Shown one piece after another: positions 30,798-40,627 of a stretch of DNA of 56,587 bases. Every line of letters starts with the position of its first letter. The stretch's first letter is position 1. A program made the translations under genes and the position numbers. Below the pieces are notes generated by a model. The model had not been told where the DNA came from. It was given only the letters and a program-made list of their open reading frames with translations, and searched no databases. The DNA is taken from positions 1 to 56,587 of IMG/VR virus record IMGVR_UViG_3300047198_000034; one strand, given 5' to 3'. The DNA comes from a virus. Its lineage: Duplodnaviria; Caudoviricetes.

Positions 30798-31241
30798 TTA
30801 GCCATCAAGATACATGAATGCGCCAGAGATCTTGGCTGTGAAATCAGTCCGAGCCAGTCCGTTCCGATCTGCCTTCACCGCTCCGGCCGTAGTCATAAGG
30901 ATCGATCCGCTTGTCCCGATGGTCATCCAAGAATTGGAATTGAGCCAAAACCGAATTCCGGACGTGGTACTATTGTAGAGTTTCACCCCATTCTCAGCAC
31001 AGGTCCGTAGATAATTTTGCTCAGGATCCGTCGGATCAAATGCTACGTTGCTTAGGGTAATTGTTCCCCCATCTGCAGCACCAAATTCAAAAATATCGAT
31101 GTCAACACCAAATTCCGATGCATCGATATTTCTTCGGGTTAGACCTGAAATTTCATATGTCCCCGCTCCGAGAACCTTCGAAGTTGGTCCCATCGTCACC
31201 TTCTGAAACATTCCTGTTAAAGTTGCTGCCCTGTCTGCCAT
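30798..31241 (-). CDS. Major tail (tube) protein
   Basis: Position before the chaperones; IDASEFG...G..DGGTITL. Confidence 0.7.
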   Translation of the reverse strand: MADRAATLTGMFQKVTMGPTSKVLGAGTYEISGLTRRNIDASEFGVDIDIFEFGAADGGTITLSNVAFDPTDPEQNYLRTCAENGVKLYNSTTSGIRFWLNSNSWMTIGTSGSILMTTAGAVKADRNGLARTDFTAKISGAFMYLDG

Positions 31242-31258
31242 TTTTCATTACCTCCTTG

Positions 31259-31927
31259 TTAGATTGTTTTTGTCTTCAATGCCCTTTCAAGGGCCTTCTG
31301 TTGCTGTTGGGTCTTCATTGCCTTATAAAGGTTATATGTATTTCTATTGACAGCCATCGTCGCCAAATGATCAGCCGGAATAGATGTATCAACAAAGATT
31401 CTATACCCTGCCGCCTTCAAATCCTGGCAGAATCCGATGTCTTCTCCAACGCCTTGTTCATTATCATCCTTTCGGAATTTGAACCACGGAGAGGGCATTT
31501 TTCTGAAAACCTCCATATCGTACATGATGCACCCAGCCCCAGTTGCATCAACCTCTACCAACTCATTCTCTTCCCATTCGTCAATTGGTTCATAACCATT
31601 TCCATTTTTTCTCAACATAATTGAATCAAACGGAGGATAACGCCGAAAACAAAGTGCCCCGACAATGGGAAGTTGGTGAATCAAAAGATTCGTAATTGTT
31701 TTAGGATGATAAATCATATCAGTATCCATCATAATCAGTTTCGTCGCCCCTATAGAGATTGCTTTCTGAACAATATCATTTCGAAGCGTATCGATTGGCC
31801 CATTATCAGCATTGATAAGGGTGAAATCAGGGCGCTCCATATACAGGAAAGAGTAGAGAAAACTCACTGGCACGAAAGGGAAATTGCAAGGAACTCCGAT
31901 TGCGAGATTTAGGTTGCTGATCTTCAT
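31259..31927 (-). CDS. Glycosyltransferase (GT-A/GT2-like); start adjusted to MKISNL
   Basis: RNDIV...LIMMDTDM (DxD)...EVDATGAGC...GEDIGFC. Confidence 0.85.
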   Translation of the reverse strand: MKISNLNLAIGVPCNFPFVPVSFLYSFLYMERPDFTLINADNGPIDTLRNDIVQKAISIGATKLIMMDTDMIYHPKTITNLLIHQLPIVGALCFRRYPPFDSIMLRKNGNGYEPIDEWEENELVEVDATGAGCIMYDMEVFRKMPSPWFKFRKDDNEQGVGEDIGFCQDLKAAGYRIFVDTSIPADHLATMAVNRNTYNLYKAMKTQQQQKALERALKTKTI

Positions 31928-33192
31928 TTCACTCCTTTGAATGATATCTGATCCTCCATCGCCGATGTGCAATAGGGATGAGTTTGGGAAACTTTCTCGA
32001 TATCACCGAATCCTGCCTCCGCCATAGTCGCCTTCAGAAGTGATGAACCATAACAATACCGATGATGTGATTTCTGCGTATATGAATAAATGTAAAGATC
32101 ATTCATTTTTTTCATGTTATCTGCCGTCGGATTCGCAAGATAAGTCTTTACCAAATAATCAAAGTCTGGGACTGTAAGCATTATTTTTCCTCCTATCTTT
32201 AGGATAGAATGCCAATGCCTTAATGCCTTCTGTCCCTCCTCAAATGTCAAGTGTTCAAGCAAATGGCCACAATAAATTTCATCCACCGTTCCCGGCTCAT
32301 AGGGGAGATTACGGACATCAGCTATAAGATCGGGATGAATATCTTCAAATTGATCGATATTTATAAATCCAGCAAGAGTATAGGGTCCGCATCCGAGATT
32401 CAGTCGGATTGCACCATTGTGTCTTTTCTCTTCTACCGGACCATTCAGCGGCCCTGTTTGTCTTCCCCAGATATTTGGTCCCCATTTCTTTTCAAGATGC
32501 ATATCATTCCGTCTGCAAACGTGGCCGTATTCAACTTTCCCATCCGTCTCCATTATCTTAAAAGTCTGGCTTCCAATATGATGGACATAGACATCAACGG
32601 CTATCCCGATCTTATAACCGGCTGTTCGTGCACGAAAACAAAAGTCAATCTCTTCCCCGCAACAGGGCCAATGGGTTTCATCAAAAGACCCTATCTCATC
32701 GAATAGGGATTTTCTGAAAGCCATACAGAAGCCAATAACGAAATTAACCTCCCGGGATTCTCCATCATGTTCCTCTGACCATACCGTTGCCACATCAAAT
32801 AATTGTTTATCGGTATTGTAGGTCGGAAGAACGGCCTCCTGTTGAAGTCCGGCACAATAGTTTGCCACAGGCGCAACGATAGAAAAAGTATCAAGATGAT
32901 CCAAAAGGCGTTCGGCCCATTGAGGAGTACAAACAACATCATTATTCAAAAGAACAATTACATCGCCTTTCGCCGCCCGGATGCCTTGATTGACGGCTAC
33001 GGGAAAGCCGAGATTTGTCTCGTTACGGATCAAGGTAGTATCGATAAACCCCGTAAATGGTTTATGAATTGGCGGAAATGAACCGTTATCAATAAGAACC
33101 AACTCATAATCCTGAGTGTTTTCTCGAATTGCCATGATGCATTCCTCAGTCATATCGTGGCAATTAAAAACAGGGATGATAATCGAAATCAT
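31924..33192 (-). CDS. GT2 glycosyltransferase fused to a SAM-dependent methyltransferase
   Basis: ISIIIPVFN...IDNGS...NLGF..AVNQG...LLNND; C-terminal RLNLGCG...HLLEHL. Confidence 0.88.
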   Translation of the reverse strand: MISIIIPVFNCHDMTEECIMAIRENTQDYELVLIDNGSFPPIHKPFTGFIDTTLIRNETNLGFPVAVNQGIRAAKGDVIVLLNNDVVCTPQWAERLLDHLDTFSIVAPVANYCAGLQQEAVLPTYNTDKQLFDVATVWSEEHDGESREVNFVIGFCMAFRKSLFDEIGSFDETHWPCCGEEIDFCFRARTAGYKIGIAVDVYVHHIGSQTFKIMETDGKVEYGHVCRRNDMHLEKKWGPNIWGRQTGPLNGPVEEKRHNGAIRLNLGCGPYTLAGFINIDQFEDIHPDLIADVRNLPYEPGTVDEIYCGHLLEHLTFEEGQKALRHWHSILKIGGKIMLTVPDFDYLVKTYLANPTADNMKKMNDLYIYSYTQKSHHRYCYGSSLLKATMAEAGFGDIEKVSQTHPYCTSAMEDQISFKGVK

Positions 33193-33202
33193 ATTTTCCT
33201 TT

Positions 33203-33616
33203 TCACTTCAAAGAAGTCAAAACCTCAAAATCTACAGCCCAATGTTTCACGCCTACCGTTGCATCTGCTATTAAGATATCGTTAATCATCGTTATCAAAT
33301 TTTGTTCCCTCATCCAGACCAAGGTGTTATCCGTAATTGTCAAAGATTGCTCATCAAAGAGAGCTTTCAAATCTTTATACATAGTCGTTATTTCTTCTGG
33401 TCTCGATGATGCAGAAAAGAGGGAAAATTGAATCAATGTATCGGTATAATATTCAGTGAAAGTCCGATCCGGCACATTCGAAATGATCGAGTAAACGATA
33501 TAAGGATATTCAGTTTTATGAGGGGCTTGATCAGGATAAATCCGCCCGTCCACATCGGTTGAGAGGTTAGAATTTATTGTTTTCTGATAAATGGCTGTCA
33601 GCAAATTCTTCATCAA
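33203..33616 (-). CDS. Tail terminator (DUF3168-like)
   Basis: GRIYPDQAP....YPYIVY; position. Confidence 0.75.
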   Translation of the reverse strand: MMKNLLTAIYQKTINSNLSTDVDGRIYPDQAPHKTEYPYIVYSIISNVPDRTFTEYYTDTLIQFSLFSASSRPEEITTMYKDLKALFDEQSLTITDNTLVWMREQNLITMINDILIADATVGVKHWAVDFEVLTSLK

Positions 33617-33942
33617 CTCGCCGCCTCCGTGCAGAAAATGGTTAACTCCCGATTTCTTTCTTCAGGATTGAGGATTGCATCGATATTAAAATTTCTCTCT
33701 CCCCATTGGATTCTATGATATGGTTTAATTCCTGATTGGTAACGCATTATCATTTTATGCGATATAGAAGCTTGCGCCTGTTTCGCTGCAAAATATTCAC
33801 GGCCTGATAACGGTTCTATCTGTGCCCAACAATAAGTAAATGGTTCCCAAGTTACAATTTCTCCCCCCATTGAATCCCTCAAAGTTACTTTTTCCTGAAT
33901 ACAAATTTTGTGGCGAAGCAAACCCGTTCTGATCATACCCAT
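33613..33942 (-). CDS. Head closure / head-tail adaptor (SPP1 gp16-like)
   Basis: GLLRHKICIQ...WAQIEPLSGREYF. Confidence 0.88.
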   Translation of the reverse strand: MGMIRTGLLRHKICIQEKVTLRDSMGGEIVTWEPFTYCWAQIEPLSGREYFAAKQAQASISHKMIMRYQSGIKPYHRIQWGERNFNIDAILNPEERNRELTIFCTEAAS

Positions 33943-34526
33943 ACCTTATGGCGATAAAGCAATCTTTCAACCGTATCTAACTTTTGAATCGTCTGACCAA
34001 TAATGATTGTTTCTGGATTCAGATAGAGATCGGCAATCTGTATAAGCATCGCCTGGATAATTTTTGGGGGAATATTTTCAGCCAGATCCCCATATCCACA
34101 AACAAATTCAATTTGAATTGGATTCATAGGATATAACTCTTCAGTAGGCCAAGATTCGTCTTCGGCCAAAATCAATCTTCCCCGATTTGAAACGGTATCT
34201 GTCAGATAATAAATCGGGTCTAATGTCGCTGAAACTGCATCAGCCGTCAACACGGTGACGGAAGTGATGGACTGAAGGGGCGGTTTTGGGATCTGAATGT
34301 ATTTTGTAGAGGGCCATTCATCAAGATAATATTTCCAGGTCTGAGTAATCAATGCCCGATTGAGGAAATGTTCCGTATCCCAACGGACAGCAGCAATAAG
34401 TCTATCGATCTCGGCAATAGAAACCTCATCAATATCTTCATCATAGGGATTCATTTTTAGCTGTACAATCACTTGTTGATAGGTAACTGGCTCGATGCTC
34501 GGCGATATAATCAGTTCCAATGGCAT
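33933..34526 (-). CDS. Head-tail connector (gp6/gp15-like)
   Basis: EPVT...RALITQTW...IQIEFVCGYG...AMLIQIADLYLN. Confidence 0.85.
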   Translation of the reverse strand: MPLELIISPSIEPVTYQQVIVQLKMNPYDEDIDEVSIAEIDRLIAAVRWDTEHFLNRALITQTWKYYLDEWPSTKYIQIPKPPLQSITSVTVLTADAVSATLDPIYYLTDTVSNRGRLILAEDESWPTEELYPMNPIQIEFVCGYGDLAENIPPKIIQAMLIQIADLYLNPETIIIGQTIQKLDTVERLLYRHKVWV

Positions 34527-35149
34527 GATGTCTCCCTGAGTGATTCTGGTGAATATTTTTTGAGTATATCTATGGCAAACGAAATTACATCCTCAATTCT
34601 TTGTCCATTCCCATGATTCTTTGTCCATAACTCCAAATTCTCAATTCTATTGTCTGTCCTTATCCCATTTTTATGATGAACGGTTTCTTCTGGCATTAAT
34701 GGCCTTTTTAGAAATTCAGACATAATGAGAATATGTTCTTTGATGCATCCTGATTGATTTGCATTCGGATGATTTGGCTTATGTAACTGAATATAATTAT
34801 TAGATCCGATTTTTCTTCTATTTTTGCATATTTCTCTAGCCACATCTTTTTGCAGGCAACCACAACTTCTCGATGTACCATGTGTCAGACCAACGGTTGG
34901 CACTAAAACTGAATTTCCACAATCACAAATGCACTTCCAATAATTCCAGGTATTGTTAACCATGGCTGGTCTAATGGTTCTCGAAATAACTCTCAACCTA
35001 CCAATTCTTTCTCCAATCAAACTATATCCTATTCTATTTTCACTAAGGTTTTTTTTATGTTCCTCCGAAAGTTTTCTGCCTTTCAGGGCTTTGCTAATTT
35101 TTCTTTTATGATCTTCTGAGATATGCCTGGTAATTAATTCTAATGGCAT
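34511..35149 (-). CDS. HNH homing endonuclease with NUMOD3 motifs
   Basis: SEDHKRKISKALKGRKLSEEHKKNLS; WKCICDCG; VHHKNGIRTDNRIENLELW. Confidence 0.88.
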   Translation of the reverse strand: MPLELITRHISEDHKRKISKALKGRKLSEEHKKNLSENRIGYSLIGERIGRLRVISRTIRPAMVNNTWNYWKCICDCGNSVLVPTVGLTHGTSRSCGCLQKDVAREICKNRRKIGSNNYIQLHKPNHPNANQSGCIKEHILIMSEFLKRPLMPEETVHHKNGIRTDNRIENLELWTKNHGNGQRIEDVISFAIDILKKYSPESLRETSCHWN

Positions 35150-36889
35150 TTATCCCTCCTCAATTATCATTGCATTAAGAGAATGTGTTCCATGAACACG
35201 ATTAAAAGAACTTAAAGATGTTCCGCCTTCTACTATCGTCATTGAATTTGGAATAAGTGTTCCTTGTGCTACAATCATCGTCTGTAAACGTGTGAGGTTT
35301 GCGATGATATTGGGGGTATAACTTTCGGCTATGATATTGGCCGCCAAAGTCCTTGCGATTGTCGCTGAAATTTCTGGTGTCAGACTTGAGCCAACGATAT
35401 TTGCAATCAGATTAATAAGACCTTCAAACGTGGCTGTGATATCAGGAGTAAAACTTTCGGCTATGATCGATGCCATTAATGCTCTTGCGATGATGATTGA
35501 TACATCTGGTGTTAGACTTATCCCCTGAATATTTGCAAGGATAGATCTTGAAATAATTGTCAATACATTTGGAGTTAGACTTTCTGCTGTAATGGCAGCC
35601 AAAAGAGAATGGACAATCACCGCAGAAATATCAGATGTAGAACTTGATGCTTGCAGGTTGGCTATTAGAGACCTAATCAGAGCCGCCTGAATATCTGGGG
35701 TTAAACTTGTAGCCTCGATAGTGGCCAATAATGTTCGCAGATTAGTTGCTGTTATATCAGGAGTAGCACTTGTCCCTGCGATGGCTGCTATGAGATTGAT
35801 AACCCTCACCATTGTAGCCGTAATATCGGGGGTGATGCTTTCTCCGACAATAAAGGCAAGAAGTGATCTGTAAAGGATTGCCAAGACATCTGGAGTCAGA
35901 CTTGTTGCCGAAATAATGGACAAAAGCGACCGGACAATTGTTGCCGCAACATCAGGGGTGAGGGTTTGTCCGATTATTACAGTCAGAAGTGCCCTTACAG
36001 AAGTTGAAGAAATGTCAGACGTGGTACTTGTTCCTGCAATAGCCGCCAGAATCGCACGGGCCGAAGTAGAAGATATATCTGAAGTGATACTTGTTCCCAT
36101 GATAGAAGTAAGTAGGCTTCTGGCAATCGTTGCTGCCACATCTGGGGTAACGCTTCCCGTGACAATGGCTGCCAGCAATGCACGGGTTTCCGAAGCGATA
36201 ATATCGGGAGTTATACTTGCGGTCGTAATATTGGCCAACAATGCCCGTGAAATTACACCCGATATATTTGGAGTCGTGCTTATTCCTGAAATGTTTGCCA
36301 GAAGTGCCCTGGAAATAATCGATGAAACATCGGGTGTAGTGCTTGTTCCAATGATGGTCGCAAGAAGATTTCTGGTTTCCCCTGCCGCCACATCTCCACC
36401 TTCCCAATCGTCAGCAACCGTTGCTGAATCTTCTATTAATATTCCTGCACTTCCGCTCGCTATATCCGAATTTGTACGAGTAGCCTGGGCAACACCATTG
36501 ACATATGGTGTAATAGTTGTTCCTGAAACTTCTATTTTATATATATCATTTGGAGCAGGGACTACTGCATAATCGGAACCTAATTTAGTAAGAGATGTTG
36601 CAATACATTTATAAATAGAAAAAATGGTAGTGGCAGCAGACATCCAATAAAAAGTGGCAGCAGAAGAAGAAACTCTAACACTTGGTCCTAAAGAATATAT
36701 TGAAGTAAGTTTTATTTGAGAATATTGGTTATCATTAAACGAATTAGCATTCCAGTAAGCATGGGAAGGCCACGAATTTCCTCGGCATTGATTGTTTAAT
36801 GTTTTAAGGGCATTACTGGAAGTAACCGTAGTCCAATTTCCGCCTATTGGATTTGCATCTGCTCTATTAAAATCATCAGTATAGGCCAT
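35150..36889 (-). CDS. Virion-associated protein: lectin-like N-terminus plus ~20-aa tandem repeats
   Basis: YTDDFNRAD...; repeated RxLLAxIxGxSxTPDV/I. Confidence 0.65.
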   Translation of the reverse strand: MAYTDDFNRADANPIGGNWTTVTSSNALKTLNNQCRGNSWPSHAYWNANSFNDNQYSQIKLTSIYSLGPSVRVSSSAATFYWMSAATTIFSIYKCIATSLTKLGSDYAVVPAPNDIYKIEVSGTTITPYVNGVAQATRTNSDIASGSAGILIEDSATVADDWEGGDVAAGETRNLLATIIGTSTTPDVSSIISRALLANISGISTTPNISGVISRALLANITTASITPDIIASETRALLAAIVTGSVTPDVAATIARSLLTSIMGTSITSDISSTSARAILAAIAGTSTTSDISSTSVRALLTVIIGQTLTPDVAATIVRSLLSIISATSLTPDVLAILYRSLLAFIVGESITPDITATMVRVINLIAAIAGTSATPDITATNLRTLLATIEATSLTPDIQAALIRSLIANLQASSSTSDISAVIVHSLLAAITAESLTPNVLTIISRSILANIQGISLTPDVSIIIARALMASIIAESFTPDITATFEGLINLIANIVGSSLTPEISATIARTLAANIIAESYTPNIIANLTRLQTMIVAQGTLIPNSMTIVEGGTSLSSFNRVHGTHSLNAMIIEEG

Positions 36890-37513
36890 TTAAAAATCCT
36901 CTAAACTCATCTTAAATTTTCCAAATCCAAGATTTTCAACTATGAAATGAACTATTTCTCTCACAGTGGTAGAATTATTTATCCAACCTATTGCCAAACC
37001 CTTTCCCTGCATCCAATCCCTAACACCATTTCTAATCTGTACTGGAATTTGTTGAACAGTTATATCAAGATTTCTGGATATTAAATTCGTAATATTTATG
37101 TTTCCTTCTCCGTTGGCTATTTGAAAAGTTGAAAAAACACGGATTAAATAACGTATTCCATCCCTAATGGTATTGCTTCCCGATAACCATGAGGTTGAAA
37201 CTCCATAATTTCCTAAAGATACCTTCAGTACACTTAGATTAGGAATAGAATTTATTAGAGAATCTAAATAAGTTTTCATATTTGAATCATCGAATATTTC
37301 ACCAATAGGTAATGACCTTCCATCTACTATAATTGCATCATGGGAAACTTGAGAAGCATGAACACAACATATAGATATTAGTCTTGCAGGATTGTCAATT
37401 TCGTCAAACCAGTCCCCTTGAGTAATGTCAATCAAATCATTCAAAATAGACCGATATGGGTCTATCATTGTTCCTGTTCCCTGCTGTGGCGCAAGATAGA
37501 ATCTGACTTTCAT
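36890..37513 (-). CDS. Hypothetical protein
   Basis: ORF in the late operon. Confidence 0.55.
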   Translation of the reverse strand: MKVRFYLAPQQGTGTMIDPYRSILNDLIDITQGDWFDEIDNPARLISICCVHASQVSHDAIIVDGRSLPIGEIFDDSNMKTYLDSLINSIPNLSVLKVSLGNYGVSTSWLSGSNTIRDGIRYLIRVFSTFQIANGEGNINITNLISRNLDITVQQIPVQIRNGVRDWMQGKGLAIGWINNSTTVREIVHFIVENLGFGKFKMSLEDF

Positions 37514-37552
37514 TTTATTCCCATAATTATAATTTTTAAAATAATTATATTA

Positions 37553-38395
37553 TTAAGAAAGACTCACATCCAATGCACCTATGGCGAAAGTAACAGTATC
37601 ACCCGCTAACGGAGTCTGATCAACTATCTGGTCGTTATCATAAGCAAGGACATTCCCTGCGTTAAGAGTTCCACCATCTACGATAGCCATACCAACAACC
37701 GCAGACCAGTTACCAGCCCCTACAGTTGGAAATGTAATCGCATGTTGATTATCGCAGGCTCCGTTTGCAACATCCTCCCATTCTGGAGATCCTGCTGCTG
37801 CCTTATTCACCAAAACTCTTGCATAACCTGTCCCTGCTATCTCTTTTCCGGCAGTTGTCAGGGTGGTATCTGCATCCGCCCCTACCGTATCAAGAAGAGC
37901 AATATAAGTAGCTGGTTGTGCATAATCAATATTTCTGAACATGAGATCAAGAAACCAGTTGCAAAGTTGCGTCGTGAGTCCCTCTCCATCTGAGGCTGAA
38001 ATTTCTACATAAACTTGTGTGGTTGCCACACTTGGAGTATTTCCTGAGACTGGAACAATATTCGGTGTCATAGCGCCATAAGCGAGCATATTTCCTGCCC
38101 CGTGAGTCCCCGAATCTACAATTGCCCAATGGGAAACCGTACCCCAGGCCCCTGATGCCTGGTTGAAAGTAACCACTCCAGTTTGGGAAATCTTGCGACT
38201 CGCTGCTGCGGAGAAGGTAATCGCTTTACGGGTATAATTATTTGCATTTGTAACTTCATTCATAGATGCCCCTGTTCCCGTTTCTCCAGGATCGGCTGTG
38301 GCAAATGCCAAATAAACAATAGCGACATGACTATATTCCGTTCCAAAAATATGATTCATTAAAGCATTTTCAGCAAAATTTGATAATGATCCCAT
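37553..38395 (-). CDS. Structural protein with an internal domain duplication
   Basis: Two copies of Y.A...G.E...Y.R...W..V...AIVD...AGN.LAY. Confidence 0.65.
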   Translation of the reverse strand: MGSLSNFAENALMNHIFGTEYSHVAIVYLAFATADPGETGTGASMNEVTNANNYTRKAITFSAAASRKISQTGVVTFNQASGAWGTVSHWAIVDSGTHGAGNMLAYGAMTPNIVPVSGNTPSVATTQVYVEISASDGEGLTTQLCNWFLDLMFRNIDYAQPATYIALLDTVGADADTTLTTAGKEIAGTGYARVLVNKAAAGSPEWEDVANGACDNQHAITFPTVGAGNWSAVVGMAIVDGGTLNAGNVLAYDNDQIVDQTPLAGDTVTFAIGALDVSLS

Positions 38396-38496
38396 GATTT
38401 TTCTCCCTTATTTATTAAATTTTACATAGTCCTCTTTAAAAAAGGGGCGATCCATGAGGGAAAGGAGGTAAAGATCCACTTCACGCCCCGAATGAA

Positions 38497-39255
38497 TTAT
38501 CTCGTTGCTTGCCATACTCGGATATAATCAATCTTTAGATCACCAAGGCCAGTACCCCCAGCCTTTGTCACCATGATGTTGGGCATCAGGGTCATTGTAC
38601 CGTTTGACAAATCAAATGTTGTCCCCGTTGCCACACCAACCCCATCGATATAAAACTTAACATCGGCGGCATTGGTGCAATCAATTCTAAGAATATTATA
38701 TGTTCCTGGAACCGCTGTTATGCCAGTAGCAATTGCTGTATTATGACCCCCAGCAGCACCACTATCTGTGTAAATAACGATGGCTCCGCTTCCGTCCAAT
38801 ACGAAAAAGATATGGAGATCAATATCGTCAGCCGCAGCTACCTGATCATCGGCGACGTGGACTTCACCCTGAAAACCGATATGCATTTCTGCGGCATCCG
38901 TAGGAAGTACGGCTATATCACATCGGGCTTCAAAAATAGGTCCCTTGTCAATATTAAAGGCTAAAGTATCACAATAAATACCGCCATCCTCTGTCTCGTC
39001 ATCTGCTTCCAAATGTAATGTTACATTACTCAAAGCCTTAATAATTGTCGCAGGACCACCAACCCCAGTTGCCGCTACCGTCCAGAAATTATCACCAATA
39101 AATTGCCAATCAAGAAATGTGCCATCAGTGGGGGCAGCGGTGCCCAGAAACTCATCATAAATATAGATTGGCGCAAATGGTTCAGTTGTTTCATAGGTTG
39201 ATCCATCAAAGAAAGCTAACTGACTATTGCGCCATTTTGATTTTGTGTTTCCCAT
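38497..39255 (-). CDS. Structural/decoration protein, paralog of 39268-40008
   Basis: Shared TK.KWR..QLAF.DG.TYET and ADVKFYIDGVGVATGTTF; both end WQATR. Confidence 0.7.
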   Translation of the reverse strand: MGNTKSKWRNSQLAFFDGSTYETTEPFAPIYIYDEFLGTAAPTDGTFLDWQFIGDNFWTVAATGVGGPATIIKALSNVTLHLEADDETEDGGIYCDTLAFNIDKGPIFEARCDIAVLPTDAAEMHIGFQGEVHVADDQVAAADDIDLHIFFVLDGSGAIVIYTDSGAAGGHNTAIATGITAVPGTYNILRIDCTNAADVKFYIDGVGVATGTTFDLSNGTMTLMPNIMVTKAGGTGLGDLKIDYIRVWQATR

Positions 39256-39267
39256 TGTTAGCCTCCT

Positions 39268-40008
39268 TTATCTGGTCGCCTGCCAAATTTTGACATAATC
39301 AAGATTCACGGTTCCGGCATCAGTCCCGCCACCGGTTTTCTTATACAACATAATCCAAGGCTGAACCATTAGGGCAGCAACCGTGTTCATTTTGAAAGTT
39401 GTCCCCGTTGCCACACCAACCCCATCGATATAAAACTTAACATCGGCAGAATTAGTGAAATCAATTCTAAGAATTGTATAAGCCGTACCAGAGATTGTGA
39501 CACCAGTTGCAACATTTCGATTCACGGCAGTGTCATCGTCAGCATAGATTTTGGCCACCAAATCACCATCGAACACGAACAGACAGTATTTAGACATTTC
39601 ATCAGCGGCCGCTACAGCCATACTGTCCGCACCGTAGGAATCGGCAATAACTCCAACATGAACTTCAACAAGGCCCGCGGGGGCAACCGCAAAGTTCAAC
39701 CTGGCTTCAAAGATCAGTCCCTTGTCAATATTCCAGGTCTTGTCATCTTTGCCATAGCATCCCGCTGCTTGATTCTCATTTTGGACGCCACAGGTCAAAT
39801 TGAATACGCTTAATGCTGGGGCGGTAGTTGTGCCGTTGGCTACATCCAGGTCAGTCCAGATATCGGTATTTATAACCGTACCCAAAAAATCGTCATACAG
39901 AATGATAGGGGCAATCGGTTTGACTGTCTCGTAAGTCGTTCCGTCGTAAAAGGCAAGTTGATTTCCACGCCATTTGGTTTTTGTGCTTCCCATAATAAAA
40001 CCTCCCAT
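39268..40008 (-). CDS. Structural/decoration protein, paralog of 38497-39255
   Basis: Same shared motifs as its paralog. Confidence 0.7.
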   Translation of the reverse strand: MGGFIMGSTKTKWRGNQLAFYDGTTYETVKPIAPIILYDDFLGTVINTDIWTDLDVANGTTTAPALSVFNLTCGVQNENQAAGCYGKDDKTWNIDKGLIFEARLNFAVAPAGLVEVHVGVIADSYGADSMAVAAADEMSKYCLFVFDGDLVAKIYADDDTAVNRNVATGVTISGTAYTILRIDFTNSADVKFYIDGVGVATGTTFKMNTVAALMVQPWIMLYKKTGGGTDAGTVNLDYVKIWQATR

Positions 40009-40071
40009 GTTTCACTGACGTCTATACATGCAGTGCCGAACTAAATTCGGTAACTAAAAGGTTAAAAATCA

Positions 40072-40095
40072 AGGTGGGAGAATGAATCTCCCACC
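40072..40095 (-). terminator. Hairpin, possible intrinsic terminator
   Basis: GGTGGGAGA-loop-TCTCCCACC followed by TTGATTTTT on the minus strand. Confidence 0.5.
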
Positions 40096-40102
40096 CACCT
40101 AT

Positions 40103-40585
40103 TTAAATCGTCGCTGATGCAGATAAATTCTTCGTATATCTCGGTTCAAGAATCGCAAATCCCGTGACGGTTCCCGACACTCCTGTTGCAGTATCCGCAA
40201 ACTGTGCCGTAAGCCACTCTTCCTGATTGGCAACATCCATATCGGTCGCATCAACTTCAACGATTAACATCGTATCGTCATAGCCTACATGGGCAATGAT
40301 CAATGTGTCGGTTGAAGCCTCAGCCCCCAGCACGTCTGAATTTGCAACCAAGACAGCAGCAGACCCATAAGCATATTTAAAGGTCAATGCCGAGGTGACA
40401 GCATTGGCAGTTGCTCCACTAAAGACCTGGAGATAAAGAGCCGCACCCGCTAATGTTCCAATTTCAAAAAGAAATGTGCATTTATGAAAACCCTTCATGT
40501 TGATCGATTCGCAATCAGTGAGAGCCCCACTAATATCCATCTGACTGCATACCGGAACGATTTTAAATCTTTCTGCTAAATCCAT
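40103..40585 (-). CDS. Head decoration-like protein
   Basis: Follows the capsid; similar layout to 40628-41119 (INMKG/ISLKN; DMDVAN/DMDIAN; PRY/TRY). Confidence 0.55.
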   Translation of the reverse strand: MDLAERFKIVPVCSQMDISGALTDCESINMKGFHKCTFLFEIGTLAGAALYLQVFSGATANAVTSALTFKYAYGSAAVLVANSDVLGAEASTDTLIIAHVGYDDTMLIVEVDATDMDVANQEEWLTAQFADTATGVSGTVTGFAILEPRYTKNLSASATI

Positions 40586-40627
40586 AGTTATCTCCTTTCG
40601 AGGGTTACTATCCCATCGTTAAATTGT

